From the IMG/VR virus record IMGVR_UViG_3300005253_000946: a DNA stretch of 64,000 bases. The stretch is one strand, 5' to 3'. The notes beneath the pieces were generated by a model. The model did no database searches, was not told the origin of the DNA, and saw only the letters and a program-made list of their open reading frames with translations. A program made the translations under genes and the position numbers. Origin of the DNA: a virus. Position 1 is the first letter of the stretch. Every line of letters starts with the position of its first letter. Below, in pieces: positions 13,003 through 24,262 of the stretch.

Positions 13003-16000
13003 TATCTCCTTCTGGGTCCAACTCGCATTGTTGGTAGGTTGGTGTTCTTACTACTTCCCCCGTACCTTCAGGGTTCTTTATAGCTATCACTACACAATAA
13101 CTATAAGAAACTTGAATTATTCTCCCCTTTGTGGGGTGACCCTTTTCAAACCCAGGTCGATGCCATAGTATACGAGTTCCGACAGGGAATTTCTTATCTA
13201 TAGCCTTATTAAGATCGTCTTTTAGTCTAGACAGCTTAGTACGAGCTTTTTCGAGTTCTAGGTAGATAACATCTATTTCAGGGTATTTAGTGTCCATATT
13301 TTACTCTCTAATCTTATAGGTCTTTTTAGAAGTACCGAACTCTAGTCTGTGAATAATAGTAACTCCTCTATGATTGGTTTCGAAGCCTTCTTCCTTAAAC
13401 AGTATCGAAGGATAGGTGGGGATCTTTAATTCATGCAGAGATTCTATGAACTTCAGCAGGATGTTGGTCAGTTCTATTAGGTTTGCGATCTGCCTTCGGT
13501 CGTCTCTAGTTAAGCTGTGCCAACTACAACAGTATTCGCAGCCCTTATCTTTTTTTAAGATCTGCAAGAGTTCTGCTCTGTGTCTATTAAAGGTGTGATA
13601 CATATTCCTTATTTTCTCTATACTCTTCTTGATGTCGTCTAGCTCTGTAAACTTACTTAGGTCGATATTTATCATTTTGTTCTCCTAATTGCGTCGTCGA
13701 TTGCATCGTCGACTGTGTATCCGAATCCTACCAGTTCTCCTTTTTCGTTATATAGCCCCCATCCATGCTGGCCACCAAAACGGTCATATACTATTTTATG
13801 GAGATGTCGTTGCCCTATCCAATTAGAGCGTGCAACACGTTTTTGTTCTAGTTGTTGGTTTTTGTGTTTGAGTACCACACAGCTATTTTTACTACACCAT
13901 TTTTCACCGTAAGGACAATGGTGAGGACGTGTGAACTTTATTAGGAAGCTGGCTAAGTTCTTTAGACCCATTTTTAGTGTCCGTGGTTAATATGTACTAA
14001 GAATACTCGATTAGGTATTAACCACCGCCACCATGTACGGTCTTCAAACACAAATTTGAATGTATCATTACCACAACACCCCCAGGCGTCTTCTAACTCA
14101 GATCTCCAACCTAAAGTACCTTTCTCGACCACAGTTATAGTAGCGCACTCAAACCCATGCTTACGGAACTTCCCACATATCCTTGCAGCCAAAAACTTAG
14201 CTACTTTAGGATTACCGAAGCGTTTAGTGAAACGTTTTATGTATGAATCGTAGTAAGTAGTCCTATCTCTCAGGTCTAATGTTATTTCTATCATTTTAAC
14301 CTCCTAATCTGATTTTAAGTTGGTATGTACTTTTCCTCTCTTATTCGCAATCCATTCTCGACGAAACCAAACCTCTTTAGAAGGCACGTCACTTGAATTA
14401 CATACAGCAGCACACGGAGGGCAGCACGCTACATCTTTTGGATCAAACCAATACGGTGTAGGTTTACGACAGAAGCAGCAATTTTCTAAAGGCTGCTCAG
14501 AGGTCATAGGGTGTATTGCTACTTTGATAGCCATAATTGTATTAACCTTTCTTACCTTTAAATTCTAACCTTTCGGTTGGATCATATTTCTTGCCTGGGG
14601 GACCTAATACATTACAGGCATAGCATACAGGGATATCCTCCCCTGTTTCAGATTTCTTAAGCAGACTAGCGGGTCCGTCACAAAAAGAGCATGTTGAATC
14701 TATCTCTTGGATGATTCTGTGTCTTTCTGCTACATAAGCGTCGAACTGATCTATTTTTATCTTCAATGTGGCTTCTGGATACACTTGTTTGCCGTCTAAG
14801 AAGTAACCACACTCTGCTGTACTATCGGCAAACTCAATAAGTTTACCTACTTCTAGCATAGCCAGCTCTTTTCCTACATCACCAAAACCTGGAGCAGATA
14901 CATGTGTAAGATGGATTGCCCCATCTTTTCTACCTACTTGAGGACATTCGTTAAGCTCATCCCACGTTATTACGTAGATCATCCTGCACTCCTTTGTAGA
15001 ACTTCTTTTTAAACTTATTGTAAGTTTGGTGGAATTCTTTTTCTTTAACAGCACTGGCGGCTAGAGACACAGCTGCTTCTAGTTGTTCTAGTATCTTTGT
15101 GCGGTCATGTCCTCCACTATCTATTACTCTCCAAGCTTTTACACATTGGTGTTTGTTAATAGGTTGAAAAGACTCTCCAGATGCCTTGAAGAGAGGACAA
15201 TTCTCACAAGTATTATTCGTATGTAGGTATACTTTACAAAGAGCGCAGGTATTACCGCCGTGTCCAAATCTCCAGACTCTGTTGCCGTCATACGACCTAC
15301 TTGTATTATGCTGCCATTTCCAAAGAGACAGTAGTGCTGCTAATAATTCAGTATGGCTATCTACTTTATCTCGTTCAGGTAATGCGAAGATCCGTTTGTC
15401 GAGTAAGTGTAAGACCTTAGTCAAATAGTGTTTATCAGCGAATTCGATAACGCTAATCTCTTTTGACCAGGTCTTATACCCTTTACCTTTACAGTAGCGA
15501 CATACTGCGTGCCATGCCCGTCGTTGCCCGGTTTTAAGAGGCAGTTTACGTTCATATTTAATTGATCCTAAACCTTTACAGCTAGTGCATCTGCTTTTAA
15601 TTTTCATTTATTATTCCCATTCTCGTATAAGGCAAAAAAGAGCTTAAGGCCTTTTTAGATTGACTACACTACTTATGACATTTTACTGTCAGTGTTTTCA
15701 TCTCCCTTTTGGTAACCGTCTGTTACTACTTCTAAGATATCCGCTTCTTCCATCAAGCTACGCATATATAGTATCAATTCTTTGAACCCTTTTATAGTAG
15801 TGTCTAGAGTGAATTTCTTATCCATTCCTCTGATTTTGCTGTCTGAAAGCATATTCAACCAGAAATAGATTAACCCGATAAAATCTTTAATAGCGTTTAT
15901 ATGTGCCCCAGAGAGTGTTGAATATATCTTATCTTTTTCTAACTCCTGGCTGACCATACCGAGCCTATGGTGTACAGACGATAGAGTATTACTCGAAGAA

Positions 16001-17067
16001 ATTATATAATTTACATCAGACAGAATCCTATCAAGTTTCAGTATGTCACTTAATTTAATATTCGGGTCCGTGTTGATAATGTCTTCTATCAATTGACTTA
16101 CATCTTCATTTGGAAACATTTTCATTAGATCATTCCTTCCGATTTGTAGCCGTGCAGCACTGTAGCTGTAGCAAGTTTCTCGGCAAAAATATGTATTTTA
16201 GATTTCTTGTACCATTGATCAGCTATTTTAGGACCTGTGTTCCACCAGTTACATGCTCTCTCCCATAACTTATTGAACTCTATGTTGCTCATCTCGTCTC
16301 TAGACATGAAGTCTCCTACACGAAATGCGAACAGTTCTTTACCGTTTTTCTGAACAGAGGTTACTAATTCATCAGAACCTCTGGCCATAAAGATATCGTC
16401 TGAAGGTACGCCTAACCTACGTAGAGCTTCAAAGACACATAAGGCTTCTCTCATTGCTTCAGGTAAGTCCATTATCTACCACGCCCTTCTTTCTTTATTA
16501 CTTTAATGAGTTGATCTCTTAATTTTATTAAATCGTTAGAAGTCATATGGGCCTCTATTGAAGCAAATTCAGAGTCAATTTTCAAACGGTATTGGTGTTG
16601 GGTTCCCTGTATCTTCTTGACGGTTACGTATGGGTCTCTCATTAGACAGGAACCGCCTCTCCTGTAGCCCGTTCGGTGAGAACTATATAGTAAGGCATAC
16701 CGCCAGGAAGTACTTTCCACATCTCTTTAGGCATTGGCTGACTTACTTTACCTATAGCTTCGCCCAAGCAGAATAGCTCCTCCATTATGCGATGGAAGTC
16801 TGTCCACTGTCTGCCATTTTTGTCCTGGCAAGCATTAATAAAGGACATACCACCTCCGCCTGCTTCTTGGAATGATTCAGGTAATTGGCCGAGCATATCT
16901 ATAATCACAGACGCTTTCTCTTCTAAGCGCCCAGGATGGAATCCAAACTTGGTAGTAATACCATCTACCAGTACGGCTTCGTCAGGTGTTTTACCGTCTA
17001 TAACTTCATCATCGTTATACAGACAGTATTTCATGGTCTCTTGGACTAAATCGCTTGTAAGTTCCAT
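12983..17067 (-). other. Block of hypothetical CDSs (12983-13297, 13301-13675, 13672-13971, 13974-14294, 14304-14534, ~14542-14980, 14957-15607, 15673-16125, 16125-16472, ~16472-16642, 16642-17067)
   Basis: Coupled ORFs, several with CxxC motifs. Confidence 0.65.
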
Positions 17068-17081
17068 TTGTTAAATCTCCT

Positions 17082-17447
17082 TTAGAATATGTTGCTATCT
17101 TTTAAGTATTTGCCGAGTAGCTTCCTTAGATCAGCGTTCTTCTTCATTATCTCTGTTGTCGGTAGAGCACGGATACAGTTGAATGCCTCACAAGCTTTAG
17201 GTCTGTGATCGTAGATGACACATTTGTCGTCTTCTAAGAACGGACAGGGATCTGCTGCAAGCTTAAACATATCTCCATCAGAAAAGATATATTTTATAGG
17301 GTTTTTCTCTAGAACTAGTAACAGTCCTATAAGATTATCAGCTTCCGACCTATTGATTTCTACTGCCATTTGCTTACAACAAATCCCCGTACATAGATGA
17401 CATGGAGGGTCTAATTTAGCTAACCGTTCAGCCTGCTCTTTACTCAA
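17082..17447 (-). CDS. YkgJ-family (CxxCxxCC) cysteine-cluster protein
   Basis: CHLCTGICC...PCPFLEDDKCVIYDHRPKACEAFNC. Confidence 0.8.
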   Translation of the reverse strand: MSKEQAERLAKLDPPCHLCTGICCKQMAVEINRSEADNLIGLLLVLEKNPIKYIFSDGDMFKLAADPCPFLEDDKCVIYDHRPKACEAFNCIRALPTTEIMKKNADLRKLLGKYLKDSNIF

Positions 17448-18342
17448 ACGCTATCACCTATAACTTTAGCTTCAGGTATATTGGGGTATGTTCCCATAAC
17501 TTTCTCAATTTCAACACAAGTATTTTGGATCAAAGCTATTGGATCCATCTTTGATAAATCCAGGAGATAGAGGTCATTGTAGTTGAGAGTGTTGGCATCT
17601 AATGCTTTACGAAGCCGTTCTATTTCTAGTTTGCTTGGTAGATCCTCTACTGCTGCACGGATAAATGCCTTAACTATACAATCTGCTAAGTCTCTTATAC
17701 GAACAGAATCTGGTTTAATAAAAGTGCTACCACGTTCACCTAACATAGTTTGCGGCTGTCCGGTAAAAGGCCTACAAGGGTCTATGGAGTTATCGAAAAT
17801 ACCTTCAACAGCATCTACAATTTCCTGCGGCATACCTATTAACGTGTCTTTAACGTTGTCGGATGAGACAAATACAGTCTCACCATTTAGAACTATCTCT
17901 ATCCCTCCATCTCTCTGGGCGACCCCGAAAGTACCTTGATCGGTTTCGATCCCAATTGCATTAAAAACGTCACCTAAAATTAATTCGTTGTTCTCTATCT
18001 TGAGTTTCATTCTTTTATCTCCAAAAAGTGTTTGTAAATAGATTTTACTGGTTAATACTCTTATGACGTAAAATCGAAAGATTTAACAGTGTTAAAACTC
18101 TATACTTTTCTATGAGCTAAAGCTCTGTGTTTTAAAAGAGTTAGAAGTGTTGCTCCGAAACATTTACTAGACCACCTAGGTGTAGTGACTTCTAGAAGTT
18201 CCCCATTTAGTTCAAATATCCCAACGAACCAGTTACCTTCGGCAGCGATTATCTTTAGTCTATACATGTCCCCTAACACCAAACCTTCAGGGAAATGCCC
18301 TGAAGTATTTGGGTCAGGGAGTTCTGTACATATAGCTATCAC
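17444..18342 (-). other. Hypothetical CDSs 17444-18010 and 18100-18342
   Basis: Intact ORFs with RBSs. Confidence 0.65.
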
Positions 18343-19076
18343 GCTACATCATCTTCGCTAGGGAAAGGTACGTCTTCCCCTAGTTGATGGCGTCTAAATG
18401 CTGCTAAAGCGTGAGGCACGTAAGGTTCTATCATCTTAAACATGACGTTGGCATAAGCCTGTATCTCTGGTTGTGCATGTGAGTCCATACGTAGCTTCAG
18501 AAAGTGCATCAGATTCTTTAGATCTATCTTCCAGTACCATTCGGTATATACAGCTAACGGCAGTACTATCCTGGCTAATTCTTTAGCTACACCCTGCTCT
18601 ATGTAGGAAGAGTATAGACGGTAACTGGTCTCCATATGCGCCATCATGGAGTCCTGGATGTTTTGAGCATCGACAACAGTTACGCCATCACTACCTTGCT
18701 TATTTTTAGTATCCTGGCCTTGGATACGGCTTTCTTCTGGCACATAGAAGTGATTCTTCATTTCAGAGTATCGGCCTGAATACTCATTTACCGAAGCTGT
18801 ACGATGCCTGATCCATTGTCTAGCAATAAAGATAGGCATTTTGGCATGGAACTTAAACTCGGCCATTTCGAACGGACCTGTGTGTTCATTTCGAAATAGG
18901 TAGTCAAGTAGTTTCGCATCCTCTCGTAATTTTGTAGTTCCTTTACCATAAGATACACGTGCGGCTTCTACGATAGCGGAGTCGTCTCCCATAACGTCTA
19001 TAAGACGTATGAATCCAAACTCATGTATACGGGTTGCTCCTTCAGGTATCTCTGTGGCTATATTTCTAATGCTCAT
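18339..19076 (-). CDS. thyX: FAD-dependent thymidylate synthase ThyX
   Basis: AARVSY, HTGPFE, FIARQWIRHRTASVNEYSGRY, ELARIVLP, NLMHFLKLR...HAQPEI motifs. Confidence 0.97.
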   Translation of the reverse strand: MSIRNIATEIPEGATRIHEFGFIRLIDVMGDDSAIVEAARVSYGKGTTKLREDAKLLDYLFRNEHTGPFEMAEFKFHAKMPIFIARQWIRHRTASVNEYSGRYSEMKNHFYVPEESRIQGQDTKNKQGSDGVTVVDAQNIQDSMMAHMETSYRLYSSYIEQGVAKELARIVLPLAVYTEWYWKIDLKNLMHFLKLRMDSHAQPEIQAYANVMFKMIEPYVPHALAAFRRHQLGEDVPFPSEDDVA

Positions 19077-19091
19077 TTTAGTCTCCTTGTG

Positions 19092-19304
19092 CTAGACGTT
19101 CTTTATGTAATGTATAGCGCCTAAGATTTGATCTACGTTGCCATCGACAAAGACGGATTTGTATTCCATACCCATTTTATCTTCTTCTTTAATGTCCTCG
19201 GTAAAGAACTTAAGCATATTGGGTGGAAGATCGTCGACCTCCCACCCTTTATCTTCCATACGCTCAATTTCTTCTGGAGTCATCAACCCGATTATGTAAG
19301 CCAT
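19092..19304 (-). CDS. Hypothetical acidic protein
   Basis: ORF coupled to both neighbours. Confidence 0.6.
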   Translation of the reverse strand: MAYIIGLMTPEEIERMEDKGWEVDDLPPNMLKFFTEDIKEEDKMGMEYKSVFVDGNVDQILGAIHYIKNV

Positions 19305-20338
19305 TAGAACTCAATCTCCACTCCGTACCTACCGTCACCCTTGTTGACTATTATCAGTCCTGTATAGGCGCAGGTAGGTATAAATGATGGCACTGACGCA
19401 CCACCTTCAACTTCGGTGAAGATCACATCCATAGATACCTTATTAGGTTTCTGTTTAAGCGTTTGATCGTTTACGTTTTTGACCTTCACAGGTTGGTTGT
19501 TTCTATGGAATTTGTCCATAGCGTCTTTTTGAGTGATAGAACCATGCCCGTCATTCAGTTTGAATACGTGAGGGGAAACACTCATTTGAGATACTATAAT
19601 ACCGCGTGACTCTAATTCCTTCAGACGTCTAACCACTGTCTGCGAACTAAATTTGACATGCGATGCTATTAGACCTGTGTTTACCCACGTACCTTTTTTG
19701 GTATCCGACAAGACTTGTACGATATTGGTTATCTGTTCGTCCCGACCCTTCTTTGTAAAAGTCCTCTTCTTAATAGGGGTAGGACTTTGTATATCAGCCC
19801 AGAAGTCTTTTGGTATTGCATTGGCACAAAGTTCGTACTTAAATGGGCTTGCATGGGTGTTTCTACGAATGAAACCGTGTTTGCTTAAGCTGTTTAGAGT
19901 TCCATATAAGGTGGCTATCTTAGGTATATACGACTTTACTTGTTCATGGATTACTTTTGCTGGCACCGACCTCATAACGAGCGGTCTTTCTAAAAATGAT
20001 TTAACTACAATTTGTTTATTACTCATTTTATTTTTATCAGTTGATTGCGGAGTTTTCATGTCATTCCCTTTCTCAAGTAGTTGGATTATTTTTTTGTTGG
20101 CGTTATTACTTGCCTTACGTTTGGGGTAGGTAGCCATATGTAAGTCTACAGAGGTTTGGTAATCTTGAGAGAAGACACCTGTTTGTCCTAGACAGCCTCC
20201 AACGTTAAACTCTTTGAATGTAGGTTCATTCAAGGCTTTTATAAACTCAGACCTCCTATCAGGGTCTGTTTTGCATTCTTCTATTAATATGTCGAACATT
20301 TGATTGAACAGTGCGACTTGTTGTGTGTTGAGAAACAT
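19304..20338 (-). CDS. Putative DNA-binding protein with two winged-helix-like segments
   Basis: IATLYGTLNSLSKHGFIRR and IASHVKFSSQTVVRRLKELESRGII resemble wHTH recognition helices and wings. Confidence 0.55.
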   Translation of the reverse strand: MFLNTQQVALFNQMFDILIEECKTDPDRRSEFIKALNEPTFKEFNVGGCLGQTGVFSQDYQTSVDLHMATYPKRKASNNANKKIIQLLEKGNDMKTPQSTDKNKMSNKQIVVKSFLERPLVMRSVPAKVIHEQVKSYIPKIATLYGTLNSLSKHGFIRRNTHASPFKYELCANAIPKDFWADIQSPTPIKKRTFTKKGRDEQITNIVQVLSDTKKGTWVNTGLIASHVKFSSQTVVRRLKELESRGIIVSQMSVSPHVFKLNDGHGSITQKDAMDKFHRNNQPVKVKNVNDQTLKQKPNKVSMDVIFTEVEGGASVPSFIPTCAYTGLIIVNKGDGRYGVEIEF

Positions 20339-20451
20339 ATAACCTCCTTTTGATTAGTAGTTCGTTGACTAGGGTTTAAATATTGTGGTACTGTTTCTAA
20401 GAATTAGGTTACTAATATCTGCAGACAAACAATTTCTAGGAGAACTTAAAA

Positions 20452-20661
20452 ATGGCCTTGAAAAATACAGCCAAAATCTTTACTCGCGTTTTAAACGACG
20501 CTAACGACTTAACTGATCTCGAAGCTGAGATAGCTGCTTGGCTTGTCAGTGACACTACTGTAGAAGCAAAAGCTCCTGTGTCTACCAACGTAACGCAGAC
20601 AGTTGATGGTCGTGGCTTGATTACGATGACTGTAGTAGTGGTTATCGGGTCAGCAGTCTAA
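20452..20661 (+). CDS. Small hypothetical protein, tandem paralogue A
   Basis: Strong RBS (AGGAG); near-identical to 20698-20910. Confidence 0.85.
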   Translation: MALKNTAKIFTRVLNDANDLTDLEAEIAAWLVSDTTVEAKAPVSTNVTQTVDGRGLITMTVVVVIGSAV

Positions 20662-20697
20662 TTTAATCAACAAGTTACTTTTTAGGAGAACTTAAAA

Positions 20698-20910
20698 ATG
20701 GCCGTATTAAAAAACGCAACTAAGATTTTTACTAGAGTATTGAATGACGCTAACGATCTAACTGATCTTGAAGCTGAGATACAAGATTGGATCGGTGTTA
20801 CCAACACTGTAGAGGCTTTAGCTCCTGTGTCTACCAACGTAACGCAGACAGTTGATGGTCGTGGCTTGATTACGATGACTGTAGTAGTGGTTATCGGAGC
20901 CAATCTCTAA
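20698..20910 (+). CDS. Small hypothetical protein, tandem paralogue B
   Basis: Same leader TAGGAGAACTTAAAAATGGCC; 3' portion identical at the DNA level to paralogue A. Confidence 0.85.
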   Translation: MAVLKNATKIFTRVLNDANDLTDLEAEIQDWIGVTNTVEALAPVSTNVTQTVDGRGLITMTVVVVIGANL

Positions 20911-20942
20911 TAGAGATAGCTAAGGGCATTACACCCCTATTA

Positions 20943-21152
20943 TCAGGAAGCCGCTTCTACAGCTGCTTCCTTCTTCGCTTTCCAGCGTGACCGGCCGCGT
21001 GACTTTTTGTCTGCGGCCTGTTCGCGTTTCTTCTTACCAGGAAGGTTTTTATAAGCCTTTACAGACTTATGCACGGCCTTACTGATCTGTTTCTTGTCTT
21101 TGCTTTTTCTCATCGTATACTCCCTAAGTCCTGGTCCAAAAGAACAGCCCAC
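20943..21152 (-). CDS. Small very basic (Lys/Arg-rich) protein, probable start MRKSKDKK
   Basis: GGAG RBS upstream; composition suggests nucleic-acid binding. Confidence 0.5.
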   Translation of the reverse strand: MGCSFGPGLREYTMRKSKDKKQISKAVHKSVKAYKNLPGKKKREQAADKKSRGRSRWKAKKEAAVEAAS

Positions 21153-21203
21153 AGACAGGTAACCGCACCAAGGTTGGTGCTCAAATAGTTAAAGGAGTTT
21201 AGC

Positions 21204-21902
21204 ATGTATCCATACTTTCGCCCCCTATATTTCCCTCAACTTTTCCAGGTTCATGGAGAGGCTACTTTAGATGGCCCAGATCCTATAAAGAATTTGGAGT
21301 TCCTCTATAATGGAGAACCAGTACCGAAGAACTTCTACGTTCTAGATTGGAATAAGTCTCTCGATATAGCATCTAAGCGTTACGGAGATAGGATCCCTAT
21401 TTTCCCTAATGCTCCTGAATGGTTAGACGATGTAGATAAGGCAGTTTACGTATTATCCTCTAATTATGTAGATGGTGTTAGAAAAGCGGCGAAGTTAGCT
21501 GTAAGTGCCTGGAATGAGGAATGGTACTTCGATACTATAGTTAGAGATCAAGGTCTTAAACCGGCTATAGAGTACGTGTACTACGCTTTCTATTTACTAG
21601 CAGATTGTCTGTACGATTTAGAGACTAAGTATTTTGCCAGACACCCTCTTAGGTCGATACTTCCACAGATATTAGCCTTCGAGTTTTGGTGGTTCCAAAC
21701 AGGTAGCGGTAACATCTTGGAACATTCTAAGACACCTTCTGTTGCTGATGTAGAGCGTTCTATGCAGGCAGGAGCGTCTTCTATTAATGAAATACAGCTA
21801 GAGTGGTCTAAATATGCTGAGGATCGTGTGATGGCCTTAGATGTCTCTCTAGAGGAAAGACGTACCATATCCGCTGATAAGGTATTCGGTACACCTGAAT
21901 AA
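21204..21902 (+). CDS. Hypothetical protein
   Basis: 232-aa ORF with AAGGAG RBS, followed by a hairpin at ~21913-21941. Confidence 0.75.
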   Translation: MYPYFRPLYFPQLFQVHGEATLDGPDPIKNLEFLYNGEPVPKNFYVLDWNKSLDIASKRYGDRIPIFPNAPEWLDDVDKAVYVLSSNYVDGVRKAAKLAVSAWNEEWYFDTIVRDQGLKPAIEYVYYAFYLLADCLYDLETKYFARHPLRSILPQILAFEFWWFQTGSGNILEHSKTPSVADVERSMQAGASSINEIQLEWSKYAEDRVMALDVSLEERRTISADKVFGTPE

Positions 21903-21924
21903 GCTAAAAGAAAGTGGGGGATGG

Positions 21925-23055
21925 TTAAGTCCGTCCCCCACGTTCTGCATCTGATCTACTAAAGTGATTAGCTGAGTAGATGTGGTATTCACAATCTCCG
22001 TCTAAGCAGCAATCGTCTGGGTTACAGCGTCCTCTATAACCAGGCTCACACGAAATTACGGCTTCACTACTACAAGGCATTAAGTCCTCTATAAGACAAC
22101 TACACCCACTATCGCTGCTAACTAAACCGTCAAAACCTCTCTGTATTAGATGTTTTTTCACTATTCGGTAGACGCTTATATTCCTAGTAATAACTTCTTC
22201 TACATCATTATCATCAGGTATCCTAGGAAATACGAATGGATCCATTAGTCGACACCTCCTTCTGTGCTATCAATTCTTGTACCTCTGTCTGTGTTAAAAA
22301 GGCCAAGGCTTTTATTTCTTCCGGACACTCACCCCATTCCTCTTCGTACAGCATACCGCAGTTCAGCCATTCATCTATTGCTAAATCTGTACCTGCGGCG
22401 ACATCTCTGAGGTGTAGGTAGATAGTTTGACACCTCAAACACCTCTTAATAGTTTCGGCGGTACCTTCGTAACCTACATTTGTTCTTTGGTATTTGTGGC
22501 CAGGTTTGATGAAGTCCCCACAAGCACTACATTTATGCTTTTTCCTGGCAACTACTCCTTTAGTCTGGTAGAAGCTGAATGCCTCGTCAGATTCGAATCC
22601 CATCAGTTCTCTCCTACGCGCCCGTAGTCAGGATGTTTGTTCTGCATATGGCTATGAAGGTCTTTGAACTCCTTATCGCAGTAAGGACATTTACCTGCAG
22701 CTAGACGCTTCTTTACTTTAGTTACTTGGCCTTTGTAGCTGTTTCTGGAGCGTTCTATAGTTTCTTTGTCTTTCTTCTCGTCTATATAATAACTGTAATG
22801 ACGATCAGCTTTAGTATTAGCGTCTACAAGCTCTGACTCTATCTTCCTGATCTGGTCTTTAAGCTTCTGTTCTTCGGTAATACCGTTGTAGCTTTGTGGG
22901 TGTCCTGAAGGGCAATAAAAGGTATCATGGTCTTTACGACGCCTCTTTTGAAAATCTTGAGGTATCATAAAAGGAATAGCACATTTGCAACACTCTTCTA
23001 ATATCATTTCTATGGTAACTCCATAGTTAGTTCCTCTTCGATTTAATGTCTGCAT
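21925..23055 (-). other. Three Cys-rich hypothetical CDSs (21925-22245, 22223-22603, 22603-23055 with a C-terminal C2H2-like finger)
   Basis: Coupled ORFs; CPYC...H...H at the end of the third. Confidence 0.7.
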
Positions 23056-23276
23056 TAGATATATTGCTCCAGTTCTTTATCGTGTATAAGCCACATAGGA
23101 AGTTCTATCCACTTTTCGTCTTCTTCGTGATGAGAAATTAATGATTTAGGTATCCACACTTCTCTCTCATCTATAAGGAATAGTTTAGCGTCAGGGGTCT
23201 AGTGGAGGAAATCATCGTAGTAGACACAGCATATTTCGTCTTCATTCACAAAATCGGGATCGTTATCATAAACCAC
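23055..23276 (-). CDS. Small phage protein with an in-frame TAG at codon 26 (readthrough candidate or pseudogene)
   Basis: GTG start with AAGGA RBS; VVYDNDPDFVNEDEICCVYYDDFLH*TPDAKLFLIDEREVWIPKSLISHHEEDEKWIELPMWLIHDKELEQYI; TAG at 23199-23201; the final TAA overlaps the next ATG. Confidence 0.65.
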
Positions 23277-23278
23277 AG

Positions 23279-23470
23279 CTATTCCTTTTGTGTACAGAGT
23301 CCGTCTTCTATAAACCTTTCAGCCATTCTGCCATAACTACCTTGTAGCTTCCATACCAGTCCCGAATCAATCAGCTTCTGGAAGCCATTTACGATTTCTG
23401 AGTGTTCGAGATAACCATCTTCATATCTTATTATAAATTCGATGTGATCGAATGATTGTTCTGTATCCAC
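23279..23470 (-). CDS. Conserved small phage hypothetical protein
   Basis: IIRYEDG...FQKLIDSGLVWKLQGSYGRMAERFIEDG motif, a common phage family as I recall it (not database-checked). Confidence 0.65.
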   Translation of the reverse strand: MDTEQSFDHIEFIIRYEDGYLEHSEIVNGFQKLIDSGLVWKLQGSYGRMAERFIEDGLCTQKE

Positions 23471-23668
23471 TTCAAGTTCCTTTAGTTAGAGGAGCGGTAC
23501 GAGGACAGAATACGCTAAGTAAACTATCCCCGTACCACAAAAAGAGAAGGAGTGAGTATGCCCAGACGCTAGGAGCATCTTTCAAATCAAGGAGGAACAT
23601 ACTCACTCGGCGGCTGTTGTTCAGGTATTATGGGACCTACGTCACCTGCCGCTGGACGTTAATCTGTA

Positions 23669-24247
23669 TTAACCCATAAATCCCTCTTGAAAGCTAGAGC
23701 GTTGTTGTTTGTAGAAGTGTTCTAACTCCCTTATAACATATTCAGCGTACTCTTTAGAGAATTCTTTAGCTAGTTGATGTTCGAGATCACAAAGAGTTAA
23801 ATACATAGCATCTCCTGATAAGAACTGTCTTCCTAACACAGCAGCGAACATCTGCAGTTCTTTAGATAGAGGAGGGAACTTACGTTCTATATCGTCGTAA
23901 TCTATCTCAGGTGGTCTACGGCCCTCAGCGATGTCCTTACGGTGTGTGTTACCTATATTAGCGCAACAACCTTCACCGGCATACAGCTCTTTACGGTAAT
24001 TCTCTCCTAGTTTGCCTGGGAGCTGCATTAACCTACACACGTACTTGGTTTGACTCTCATCCCAGGCTAATCCAGGACATCTGGTATGGTTACCGTAAGC
24101 ACGTAGAGACGCTTCACAAGGAGCTTTTTTACAACAGAATCCACTACCTATACACGGAGTGACATACATTATTCGAAAAGCGACAGGAGCAAGAATACAA
24201 AACCTACTACCCCAGACACCACAGACAGTATAAAGATCATATCCCAA
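23669..24247 (-). CDS. YkgJ-like cysteine-cluster protein (probable start MYVTPC)
   Basis: CIGSGFCCKKAPC...CPGL...VCRL...GCC. Confidence 0.6.
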   Translation of the reverse strand: MGYDLYTVCGVWGSRFCILAPVAFRIMYVTPCIGSGFCCKKAPCEASLRAYGNHTRCPGLAWDESQTKYVCRLMQLPGKLGENYRKELYAGEGCCANIGNTHRKDIAEGRRPPEIDYDDIERKFPPLSKELQMFAAVLGRQFLSGDAMYLTLCDLEHQLAKEFSKEYAEYVIRELEHFYKQQRSSFQEGFMG

Positions 24248-24262
24248 AAATCAGCTCGTTGG

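Noticed and set aside
20570-20900. CRISPR-like repeat
   Set aside because: Only two copies, both inside duplicated coding sequence; no spacer array and no cas genes.
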